Origin: an uncultured delta proteobacterium | GTDB lineage: Bacteria > Desulfobacterota > Desulfobacteria > Desulfobacterales > Desulfosalsimonadaceae | Direction: 5' to 3' | DNA: 64,000 bases | Assembly (NCBI GenBank): GCA_963826785.1 | Contig: CAWGYD010000004.1 | Span: 352,001 to 416,000, forward strand | Shown here: piece by piece, positions 1-9,220 of the stretch | How the letters are laid out: every line of letters begins with the position of its first letter | Numbering within the stretch: position 1 is the first letter of the stretch | The notes under the pieces: model-generated | Told to the model about the DNA's origin: nothing | The model's database searches: none | The model's input: the letters and a program-made list of their open reading frames with translations, nothing else | Position numbers and translations under genes: made by a program

Positions 1-1
1 T

Positions 2-1094
2 CAGGAAGTCCAGAAACCCGGACTGTGCCATCGGTGCGGCGGATGCGTCACCTTCTGTACGTCCGTCAATTACGGGGCGCTGGAACTGGACAAGGACGGC
101 AAGCCGCGCTACGGGGAAATGGAAAAATGCATCGAATGCGGGCTGTGCTACTCCATCTGTCCGGAAATTGACGAGTACGAAGAGGAGGTCCGCCGCAAGG
201 CGGCCTGGAGTTCTCCCAACGGCCGGATCATCGAAACCAGCGTGGCCCGGGCCAAAGACCCGGAAATCCTCAAAAGAGCCACGGACGGCGGTGTGGTCAC
301 GGCCCTGCTGCTGCACCTGTTTAATGCCGGGCGCATCGACGGGGCCATCGTCACCCGCCCCGCCGACCCCCTGCACCGGGAGCCCAGCCTGGCCACCACC
401 GCAGAAGAGATCGCCGATGCCGCCGGATTTTATTTCGATACCTCCCACGGCATGAAGCGGTTTTCCGACCAGTATGTCACCTACTCCACCATCGAGGAGT
501 TCGCCCCCATGGTCAAGAAGGGGCTGCGCCGGGTGGCCCTGGTGGGAACCCCCTGCCAGATCAAGGCCTACCGCCGGATGGAGGTGCTGGGAATCGTGCC
601 GTCCGATTCGGTGAAATTCTGCTTCGGGCTGTTTTGTTCCGGCAATTTCGTTTTCGGGGAGGAGCAGCGGGACCACCTGGCCCGGGAATACCGGTTTGAC
701 TGGGCCGATGTGAAAAAGCTCAACATCAAGAAGAATTTCATGATTCATTTGAATTCCGGCGGAGATCCGGTCCATCGAACTTGCCGAGCTGGATTTCATG
801 AAGCGATATGCCTGCAAGTACTGCCCGGACTATTCGGCCGAATTTGCCGATATCTCCTTTGGCGGCATCGGCGCGGAAGAGGGGTGGACCACCCTGATCA
901 CCCGAACCCCCCTGGGACGGGCGGTTTTTGCCGATGCCAAGGGCACCGCCCTGGAAGAATTCACACGGGACCGGAACCCCAGCTTCGCCACCGACGCCCT
1001 GGCCGCCCTGCGGACGGCATCGGCCCAGAAGAAAAAAAACGCCCGCCAGAACCGGCGGGAACTGGGCAAGAAACCGGTCAACATCAAAAGATAG
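2..1094 (+). CDS. FrhB/FdhB-family (coenzyme F420 hydrogenase/dehydrogenase beta-like) Fe-S flavoprotein; 5' end outside window; +1 frameshift at ~761
   Basis: Frame is open from base 2 (QEVQKPGLCHRCGGCVTFC...CIECGLCYSICP, two ferredoxin motifs), followed by FrhB motifs DGGVVTALL, VGTPCQI and GLFC. Removing one G at 761 joins it to ORF 798-1094 (CKYCPDYSAEFADISFGG...GWT), the typical FrhB C-terminus. Confidence 0.85.
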
Positions 1095-1103
1095 GAAAAA
1101 CCT

Positions 1104-2033
1104 ATGCCAGCAAAAGTCGCAAGTGATTGGTTGAATGCCTGCTCGGGCTGCGAAATCGCCATCGTGGACATGGGTGAGCGGTTGCTGACCGTCCTGGAAC
1201 TGGTGGATTTCGTCCACCTGCCGGCGCTGATGGACCACAAGTATTTCGGCCAGATGGGAGACGGTCAGCATGTGACCATCCCCGAAGCCGACGTGGGCAT
1301 CCTGAGCGGCGGCATCCGGAATGCCGAGCACCTGGAAGTGGCCAAAGAAATGCGCAAGAAATGCAAGGCCATCATCGCCCTGGGCACCTGCGCCACCCAC
1401 GGCGGGATTCCGGCCCTGGCCAATTCCTTTAAAAACGAGGACATCTTCACCCGCTACTACGCCACGGAGACCACCGACCAGCCCAACGCGTACCCCACCG
1501 ACGGGGTGCCGGAACTGCTGGATGCCTGCTATTCCCTGGACGAAAAGATCGATGTGGATATCTATCTGCCCGGGTGCCCGCCCCATTCGGACCAGGTGTT
1601 CGAGGCGCTGGTGGCGTTCCTGGAGGGCCGGGCCCCCAAGCTTCGGGACAAGAGCGTCTGCGATACCTGCCCCACCATCCGGAAAGGCAAAGGGGAGGTC
1701 CGCCAGCTCAAGCGGTTTCTGGCGGCCCCGCAGTACGGCGCCCCGGGTGAACCCTTAGACAAGATGCGCTGCCTGCTGGAGCAGGGCATCCTCTGCATGG
1801 GGCCGGTGACCAAAGCCGGCTGCGGCGGCGATGGCGTGACCCCGCGCTGCGTTTCCGCCCGGGTCCCCTGCCGGGGCTGCTACGGCCCGGTGCAAAAGGA
1901 TGGCAACCAGCGGCTGGACATGCTGAATGCCCTGGCGTCAAACGGCATCGATACGGCCTCGCTTCCGGAAACCACCTCCATGCTGCGCTTTTCCGGAGGA
2001 CACCACATGCTGCGGCCATCCATGAAAAGATAA
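1104..2033 (+). CDS. mvhG: F420-non-reducing (group 3c, Mvh-type) [NiFe] hydrogenase small subunit
   Basis: Motifs CSGC, LGTCATHGG, GCPP, CDTC and CLLEQGILCMGPVTKAGC...CRGCYGP; lies directly upstream of the large subunit. Confidence 0.88.
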   Translation: MPAKVASDWLNACSGCEIAIVDMGERLLTVLELVDFVHLPALMDHKYFGQMGDGQHVTIPEADVGILSGGIRNAEHLEVAKEMRKKCKAIIALGTCATHGGIPALANSFKNEDIFTRYYATETTDQPNAYPTDGVPELLDACYSLDEKIDVDIYLPGCPPHSDQVFEALVAFLEGRAPKLRDKSVCDTCPTIRKGKGEVRQLKRFLAAPQYGAPGEPLDKMRCLLEQGILCMGPVTKAGCGGDGVTPRCVSARVPCRGCYGPVQKDGNQRLDMLNALASNGIDTASLPETTSMLRFSGGHHMLRPSMKR

Positions 2034-2042
2034 GGAGACATC

Positions 2043-3494
2043 ATGACAGCGACGAGAACCATCAAGATATCGCCCATTACCCGGATCGAGGGGCACGCCA
2101 CCATCGCCATCCAGCTGGATGAGACGGGCAATGTGGCCGACTCCAAGGTCCATTTTCAGTCCATCCGCGGGTTTGAAAAATTCGTGGAGGGAAAGCCGGC
2201 CGAAGAACTTCCCCGGATCGTCAACCGGATCTGCGGCATCTGTCCCTGGCATCATCACCTGGCCTCCAACAAGGCCGTGGACCGGTGCTTCGGAGTGACC
2301 CCGCCGCCGGCCGGCCACAAACTGCGGGAACTGGTCCAGACCATCGCCCAGGCCGAGGACAAGCTGCTCCATTTCTTCTTTCTGGCCGCGGCCGATTTCG
2401 TGATCGGACCGGATGCCGACTATGCGGTGAGAAATGTCATCGGCGTGGCCAAGGCCAATCCGGAGCTGGCCACCCAGGTGGTCAAGATGCGCCAGAAAGC
2501 CAAGATGATCATAGAGAAGTTCGCCGGCAAGGCCATCCATCCGGTGGCCGGCGTGCCGGGCGGGTTTTCCAAGCCCATGACCGAAGAGGACCGCAAATGG
2601 ATGCTCTCCGACATGCAGGAGATCTTCGATTTTGCCCGGTTCACCATCGATTTTGCCAAGGCCGAGGTGTTCCCCAAATATCTGGATACCATCAAGGTGC
2701 TGGGGGTGATCAATACCGGGTTTATCGGCACGGTGGACAAGGACGGGGCCTTGAACCTCTATGACGGCATGCTCCGGCTGATGAAGCCCGACGGCACCTA
2801 TACCGATTTTGACGTGCAGGACTACACCGATTACCTGGGCGAGCACGTCCCCTCGTGGTCCTACGGCAAGTTTCCCTATGCCAAGTCCTGGGGGGAAGGC
2901 TTCTCCCTGGACCTGGAGCGGCCCAAGGGGATCTACCGGGCCAACACCCTGGCCCGGATCAACGTGTGCGACAAGATGGCCACCCCCGCCGCCCAGGCGG
3001 AACTGGAAGAATTCCGGTCCCTGTTCGGCCGGCCGGCACAGGCCACCCTTTTATATCACTATGCGCGGCTGATCGAGGAAGTCTACGCCTGCGAGCATGC
3101 CATCGAGCTGCTCAACGACCCGGAAATCACCGACCCCAATGTCCGGGCCAAGGTCGAACCCCGGGCCGGCCGGGGCGTGGGATGCGTGGAGGCCCCCCGG
3201 GGCACCCTGATCCACGACTATTCCACCGACGAAAACGGAATGATCACCCGGGCCAACCTCATCGTGGGCACCACCCACAATCTCGGCCCCATCAACATGA
3301 GCGTGGACCAGGCGGCCAGGTTTCTGATCAAGGACGGAGTGGTGGATGAAGGGATTTTAAACAAGGTGGAGATGGCGGTGCGCGCCTACGACCCATGAAT
3401 CAGCTGCGCCACGCACCGCCTGGACGGCGGTGTCGCCATCGAAGTCACCATCATGGATGCAAACCACAACGTGATCCAAACGTTAAAAAACTGA
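2043..3494 (+). CDS. mvhA: [NiFeSe] hydrogenase large subunit (Mvh-type), selenocysteine at TGA 3396-3398
   Basis: N-terminal TRIEGH, L1 motif RICGIC, EAPRG and TTHN. The ORF track stops at AYDP, but the frame continues TGA-ATC-AGC-TGC-GCC-ACG-CAC, giving DP(U)ISCATH (L2 motif), then a 25-aa C-terminal extension to TGA 3492-3494. Confidence 0.93.
3414..3432 (+). promoter_or_regulatory. Putative bacterial SECIS hairpin of mvhA
   Basis: CACCGCC-TGGAC-GGCGGTG: perfect 7-bp stem with a G-containing 5-nt loop, beginning 16 nt after the in-frame UGA. Confidence 0.75.
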
Positions 3495-3564
3495 TGCCAT
3501 TTTTGCATTCGATCGCTGAGATAAGCATCATTTTGAATTAAATTCAGTCGTTGTTCCTCCGGGT

Positions 3565-3604
3565 AGGCCGCGGACCGTGCGGGAACGCACACCGCGGCCT
3601 TTTA
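3565..3604 (+). terminator. Putative intrinsic terminator after the hydrogenase structural genes
   Basis: AGGCCGCGG/CCGCGGCCT outer stem, GTGCG-GGAA-CGCAC inner hairpin, then a short T run. Confidence 0.6.
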
Positions 3605-3732
3605 ATTTGCTACTTTCTGATTAATGTGAAATTTTAGTCAATGTGCATTCCTTGAGGCGCCGAGGAAAAAAATGAGTTCTTTGCGTCTTGACGGGAGATG
3701 CTTTTCAAAATATCGGATTGGAAAAACCCCTC

Positions 3733-3963
3733 ATGTGCCTGGCCATACCCTCAAAGGTGATTGAAATCATGGACGACCTTGCCGTGATCGACGTGGACGG
3801 CGTTCAGCGCAAAGCCAGCCTGATGCTGCTCGATGATGTGCAGGTGGGCGATTATGTCATCGTTCACGCGGGATATGCCATCAGCAGGCTCGACGAGGCC
3901 TCCGCCCGGGAAACCCTGGACCTGCTGCGCGAAGCGCTGGCCGCATCGGATAAAAATCAATAA
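3733..3963 (+). CDS. hypC: Hydrogenase maturation chaperone HypC
   Basis: MCLAIP N-terminus (start moved to ATG 3733) and VGDYVIVHAGYAI. Confidence 0.95.
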   Translation: MCLAIPSKVIEIMDDLAVIDVDGVQRKASLMLLDDVQVGDYVIVHAGYAISRLDEASARETLDLLREALAASDKNQ

Positions 3964-3981
3964 AATGCGCCGTCATATCCC

Positions 3982-5061
3982 ATGAAGCACCTGGAAGAAT
4001 ACCGGGAGCGCGATCTTTCCCGGCAGATCATCGAGCAGATCCGATCGGCGTCCGGGCGGCCAGTCCGCATCATGGAGGTGTGCGGCACGCACACGGTCTC
4101 CATCTTCAGAAACGGCATCCGGTCCGTGCTGCCCGAAACCATTTCCCTGATCTCGGGGCCGGGTTGCCCGGTGTGCGTCACCGACCAGGGCGACATCGAC
4201 GCCTTTATCGAACTGGCCCGAAGGGACAATACCATCATCGCCACCTTCGGCGACCTCATCCGGGTGCCCGGGACCCGATCGTCTCTGGGAAGGGAAAAGT
4301 CGGCCGGAAGAGACATCCGCATCGTCTATTCCACCCTGGATGCCCTCGATCTGGCCCGCCATCATCCGGACAAGCAGGTGGTGTTCCTGGGGGTGGGGTT
4401 TGAAACCACGGCCCCCACCATCGCCGCCTCCATTCTGGGTGCAAGCCGGGAGGGTCTTGAAAATTATTGCGTCTATGCCGCCCACAAACTGGTCCCCCCG
4501 GCCCTGGAGGCACTGGCCGGCAATATCGGCGTCGAAATCGATGCCTTTCTCCTGCCGGGGCATGTGTCCGTGGTTATCGGGACAAAAGCCTATGCCCCTT
4601 TTTTTGAAAAATACCGCATCCCCTGCGTGATCGCCGGGTTTGAGCCCGCAGACATCCTTTATGCCATTTACCGGCTGGTATGTATGACCGCCGAGGGCCG
4701 GCCCGCGCTGGAAAATGCCTATTCACGGGCAGTTGCCCCTGAAGGAAATCCCAAGGCCAGGCAAATCATGGAGCAGGTGTTTGACGTCTGCGATGCCCGC
4801 TGGCGGGGGTTGGGCACCATCCCGGACAGCGGCCTGTCCATCCGGAAGGATTTTGCCGCCCATGACGCGGCCCGGCGCTTTGACATCCGCCCCGTGGAAT
4901 CCGCACCGCCCAAAGGGTGCGCCTGCGGCGACATACTGACCGGCCGGATAACCCCCCCGCAATGCCCTTTGTACAAAAAAGCCTGCACCCCGGCCGACCC
5001 GGTGGGGCCGTGCATGGTGTCCAGCGAAGGGACGTGTGCGGCCTATTACCGGTATTCTTGA
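3982..5061 (+). CDS. hypD: Hydrogenase maturation protein HypD
   Basis: MEVCGTHT, GPGCPVC, GFETT, PGHVS, PVGPCMVSSEGTCAAYY. Confidence 0.97.
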   Translation: MKHLEEYRERDLSRQIIEQIRSASGRPVRIMEVCGTHTVSIFRNGIRSVLPETISLISGPGCPVCVTDQGDIDAFIELARRDNTIIATFGDLIRVPGTRSSLGREKSAGRDIRIVYSTLDALDLARHHPDKQVVFLGVGFETTAPTIAASILGASREGLENYCVYAAHKLVPPALEALAGNIGVEIDAFLLPGHVSVVIGTKAYAPFFEKYRIPCVIAGFEPADILYAIYRLVCMTAEGRPALENAYSRAVAPEGNPKARQIMEQVFDVCDARWRGLGTIPDSGLSIRKDFAAHDAARRFDIRPVESAPPKGCACGDILTGRITPPQCPLYKKACTPADPVGPCMVSSEGTCAAYYRYS

Positions 5062-5075
5062 GGGGAAGGGCTTAA

Positions 5076-6089
5076 GTGAAAAAAAACGACAAAATTCTCC
5101 TGGACCACGGCAGCGGCGGCAAACTGGCCAATGACCTGATCGCAGAAGTCATGCTGGCCGCCTTTGACAATCCCTATCTTTCGGCGCTAAACGATGGCGC
5201 CGTCCTTGAGGTCGGGGGCGGGCGGCTGGCATTTTCCACGGACTCCTACGTGGTGGACCCGATTTTTTTTCCCGGCGGCAACATCGGCGACCTGGCCATC
5301 AACGGCACGGTCAACGATATCGCCATGTGCGGGGCCTCCCCGATGTACCTGAGCGCCGCCATGATCATCGAAGAGGGATTTCTCCTTTCCGATCTCAAGT
5401 CCATTGTCTCGTCCATGGCCGAAGCGGCCCGGAATGCCGGGGTGAGCGTGGTGACCGGCGACACCAAGGTGGTGCCGAAAGGGGCTGCGGACAAGCTTTT
5501 CATCAACACCTCCGGCATCGGGGTCATCCCGGAAGGGGTGAATATCTCCGGTCATCTCGCCCGGCCGGGGGATCGGGTTATTTTAAGCGGCAGCATCGCG
5601 GACCATGGCATGGCTATCCTGACCCAGCGGGAAGGGCTGTCCTTTGATTCGCCGGTGCGAAGCGACAGCGCGGCCTTGAACCGCCTGGTGGAGCGCATGC
5701 TTGCGGTCACCCGGGAAATCCGCGTGCTGCGGGACCCCACCCGGGGCGGCGCAGCCACGGTGTTAAACGAAATCGCACATCAGTCGAATGTGGGCGTGCG
5801 CATCCGGGAGGACGCCATCCCCGTCAAGAAACCGGTGGCCGGCCTGTGCGAACTGCTCGGCTTCGATCCCCTCTATGTGGCCAATGAAGGAAAACTGCTG
5901 GCCTTTGTTCCCGCAGAACATGCAACGGCGGTGCTATCGGCCATGCGGGCGGATCCCTGCGGCGAGGATGCCTGCATCATCGGCGAAGCCGTCGAAGCAC
6001 ACCCCGGCCGGGTGGTCATGGAAACGCGCATCGGCGGGGAGCGCATCGTGGATATGCTCACCGGCGAACAGCTCCCTCGCATCTGCTGA
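5076..6089 (+). CDS. hypE: Hydrogenase maturation protein HypE
   Basis: HGSGG, TDSYVV, GDTKVV, RDPTRGG, ANEG and C-terminal LPRIC. Confidence 0.97.
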   Translation: MKKNDKILLDHGSGGKLANDLIAEVMLAAFDNPYLSALNDGAVLEVGGGRLAFSTDSYVVDPIFFPGGNIGDLAINGTVNDIAMCGASPMYLSAAMIIEEGFLLSDLKSIVSSMAEAARNAGVSVVTGDTKVVPKGAADKLFINTSGIGVIPEGVNISGHLARPGDRVILSGSIADHGMAILTQREGLSFDSPVRSDSAALNRLVERMLAVTREIRVLRDPTRGGAATVLNEIAHQSNVGVRIREDAIPVKKPVAGLCELLGFDPLYVANEGKLLAFVPAEHATAVLSAMRADPCGEDACIIGEAVEAHPGRVVMETRIGGERIVDMLTGEQLPRIC

Positions 6090-6093
6090 AATA

Positions 6094-6555
6094 CTAATAA
6101 TTTATAATTCCCATTTCTTCCAACTGCTTTCGCAGCTGATGAATGCGCCAGCGGTTTACGCCAAAATCAAACAAGGCGATCATCGAGGAGGATCGCACCG
6201 ATACGGTGCCCTGATCCGGATGGAGCAGCAGTTCGAGATGGTCGACAAACCGGAATACCCGGCTTCTGCACTTGGCGTGGATATAAACGCCGCCTTCCTC
6301 TACGATTTCCGTGCGCGGGAGATTGGCCACCACCTCCCTGATCCTGGGCCATGCCGCTTCGGGGGAAATGGCCAGCTCAAATGGCGGGGTCCGGTTATAT
6401 AGAACCCATGTGGTGCTCGAAACACAGTTTGGCAGCGGATAACAGCCGTCTAATGCCGGATGGTCCCCGTCAAGCCCTGTCACATGCTTGCCCGTGCATC
6501 CCAGGATCACCAGACACACCATCACCAGAGCAACCGTTTTCAGCCGGTCGTTCAT
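6094..6555 (-). CDS. DUF1499-like lipoprotein
   Basis: Lipobox ILGC; C-x3-PNCVSS, FRFVDHLE, VRSSS...DFGVNR-RI pattern of DUF1499 proteins. Confidence 0.75.
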   Translation of the reverse strand: MNDRLKTVALVMVCLVILGCTGKHVTGLDGDHPALDGCYPLPNCVSSTTWVLYNRTPPFELAISPEAAWPRIREVVANLPRTEIVEEGGVYIHAKCRSRVFRFVDHLELLLHPDQGTVSVRSSSMIALFDFGVNRWRIHQLRKQLEEMGIINY

Positions 6556-6581
6556 TCTTCATGCCTTTTTTTTGCAGCCGT

Positions 6582-8975
6582 TTACGAACGTTTGGGTCCG
6601 GGGAATTGATCCGGGATGCGCATGGCGCATCTGACCACGAAAAACATCATGCGCATCAAATCTTCGGCCGTGATGTCGGACCCGGAATCGAGCATCCGGA
6701 GGTAGCGATCGGCTTCTTCGACTTCCGTGTGATATCCCATGAGGTTTTCCAGGAAAGTGACCGCCCGGACACGGACCTGCGGCGCCACTTCCGGGTGTGC
6801 GGCATCATTTCGCCAGCGGTCCAGCCGTTTTTCCAGCCGGGACATCGAAAAATCGAGCAGCTGCTGCTGCCGGGGATCCACCCGAAAGATGGATTGCGCC
6901 TCGATATCCCGGGTGATGGATTTTCTGAGCGACTCGACGGTTATTTCCAGTTCCTGTTTCAGCCGCTGTCTGAACCGGACGGGAATGGTCGGTCGGATAC
7001 CTTTGGCAAGCGCTCCGAAACGGGAGAGACCGGCGCTCAATTCCTCGGCCGCCGCCGTCCAGAAGGCCATGCTGGTTTCCCTGAAAAAATCGGCGACTGA
7101 ATTTGCGCCCGGCGCCAGCCGGTCGATGGCATTGATTTTGCCGCCCAGCAGCCGTCCCGCTTTGACAAACAGCAGTTCTCCGGCAATCAGTTCAAAAATG
7201 ATGGCGATGGCCGCATACCAGTCCTGCAGGGAAAAAATCCGTGGCAGATCGTCAAAATGAGCGTCTATGATTTCATTGGGGAAGAAATTGGACGGCGTGG
7301 CATACTGGAGCGAGCCGCCCAAAAGCGGCTGGTCGATTTTCTTTGCTTCCCCGGGCGCAAAGTCCACCGCGGTTTCCAGGTCGATCAGCCCGATATTGAA
7401 CTTGTCCGGAGAATTTAAAAATACCGGATATAGTTCCGGATCACCCGCTATGATGAGGTTGTCCGGCTTTAAGTCCCGGATGGCCACCCCCTGGCTTCCC
7501 GTCCAGAAGAGCAGGTCCAGCAGGTTGGACACGATGCTGTTCATTTTGGGTTCGTTTCGGGCCAGAGACAGGATTCGGGTATACCTTCCGATGACATTTC
7601 CATAGTTTTCGGTAATCGGAGCAGCGCTGCTGAAAAGGTCGCCCAGCAGGGCAAGCAGTTCTTTTCGAAACATCCGGGGAAGCTCTTTTTCGATGTTTGC
7701 GGCCAGGCGAATCGGAAAATCAGGGCTCCCGGGGGCTCCGGCGGCCAGCCCGGCGGCAAACCAGGCATGATGCCGGTATTGATAAGCGGCCGTATCCAGA
7801 TGATGCTTGAGCAGCAGTTCTTCACTCCTGCGCTCAAAATCCGCAAGCATGGATGCGGCCTGCCGGCGCGGCGCCTCGGCATCCGGACCGTAGCGGCTGG
7901 CAAATTCATGGCGATCGCATATAATGTCGGGATCCCTGAGTATTTCATTGGCAACGGCGTTGATGGTGTCATGCATGCCCTTGGCCACGGGCCCCAGGAA
8001 GAAATACCGGGCCAGGTCCATGAAATAGGCATGGGTATTGCCGATTTTGAGGTACTGGCGCAGTTCTTCCCGGCTTTCCAGCAGGGTCAGGTACCGGTCG
8101 TCCAGCTGATCGGGCGCCAGCGTCGATTCGCCGGGGAATCGATAGATCCGGCGCAGAATGGTGGCGATCCGCGGCACCAGGCATTCCCGGGGGGCGATCT
8201 TGTCCGCGATGCGTGTTTCGCCGCGGATGCTGGCGATGTATTGGGCAAAATCGGTTACGGGCTCGGGCGGGATTTTGATGACCATGTGGTCATCGAAGAT
8301 GACGTAATAGCAGCTGCTTTTGCTGCGGGTGCCTTCACCGATGGGGCCGATGGTCATGCGCCGGGAATGCCATTGGCCGTGATGCCGGACATGAAGTCGG
8401 TAGATGTAATTGCCGGATCGATCCCTTTCCACGGACGTGATGTGTGCCGGGGCGCTTTTCGATGCACCGGTTTGATACCTGAACACCTCGAGAAAAAACC
8501 GGACGATATCGATGCCGAATTCAAATTCCAGCCGGGCTTCTGCAGGCGCATCATTATCTGTGCGAGGCTGCCGGCCGGATGCGGCCGGGGATTTTAACCG
8601 GTGCGGTCCGCCGGATTTGCGCCGGGTGCCGGTCATCAGGAAAAACAGGAAAGTCAGGCCTGCGGCACCTGCCATCCAGGTCATCAGGCCGAGGCGGATC
8701 TCTTCTTTTTCGGTAAAATAATAGGTCAGGAGCGCCGGCACATTCCTGATGCCGTAATCACCCCTGATCACGCGTTTGACGCTGGAGGCGGGGAGGGTGT
8801 CGAGGCTTTCGCCGGTGACATAGTACAACTCGCTTCCGATATGCCAGGCCTCATCGGCCTCAATGAAGCGGCCGTCGTTCAGGCACACGATATTCTTGCC
8901 AAAAATGTTCAATCCGGCATACAATATCGCAACGATCATCATGATGAGCATTGCGGAAATGATGCGTCCGGGCAT
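6582..8975 (-). CDS. Membrane-anchored protein-kinase-like protein
   Basis: Probable start MPGRIISAM (8975). Two hydrophobic N-terminal segments; IGEG..S (Gly-loop-like), MVIKIP, IRDLKPDNL, IDLE, GGSLQYATP and QDWYA. Confidence 0.7.
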   Translation of the reverse strand: MPGRIISAMLIMMIVAILYAGLNIFGKNIVCLNDGRFIEADEAWHIGSELYYVTGESLDTLPASSVKRVIRGDYGIRNVPALLTYYFTEKEEIRLGLMTWMAGAAGLTFLFFLMTGTRRKSGGPHRLKSPAASGRQPRTDNDAPAEARLEFEFGIDIVRFFLEVFRYQTGASKSAPAHITSVERDRSGNYIYRLHVRHHGQWHSRRMTIGPIGEGTRSKSSCYYVIFDDHMVIKIPPEPVTDFAQYIASIRGETRIADKIAPRECLVPRIATILRRIYRFPGESTLAPDQLDDRYLTLLESREELRQYLKIGNTHAYFMDLARYFFLGPVAKGMHDTINAVANEILRDPDIICDRHEFASRYGPDAEAPRRQAASMLADFERRSEELLLKHHLDTAAYQYRHHAWFAAGLAAGAPGSPDFPIRLAANIEKELPRMFRKELLALLGDLFSSAAPITENYGNVIGRYTRILSLARNEPKMNSIVSNLLDLLFWTGSQGVAIRDLKPDNLIIAGDPELYPVFLNSPDKFNIGLIDLETAVDFAPGEAKKIDQPLLGGSLQYATPSNFFPNEIIDAHFDDLPRIFSLQDWYAAIAIIFELIAGELLFVKAGRLLGGKINAIDRLAPGANSVADFFRETSMAFWTAAAEELSAGLSRFGALAKGIRPTIPVRFRQRLKQELEITVESLRKSITRDIEAQSIFRVDPRQQQLLDFSMSRLEKRLDRWRNDAAHPEVAPQVRVRAVTFLENLMGYHTEVEEADRYLRMLDSGSDITAEDLMRMMFFVVRCAMRIPDQFPGPKRS

Positions 8976-9220
8976 AATCCGTCCCTTCCTGCAGCAGTCG
9001 AAAACCAGACAATTGAGTTGGATCTTAACACAGGTGAACGGTTTGGGGGCATTAAAATAGTGATGTTTCATCAGGCACAGGCGATTGCCCAGTCGTACCG
9101 TCCATTTCGTCCCGGGCAAGCTTGGGGGGCGATCGAAATTGCATTTTTTTTCGGAAATGCGGATATTGAAAACAGATATTTTCTTCACTTCTTTTTTGAA
9201 CCGCTGATGGAGTCCGTTTA

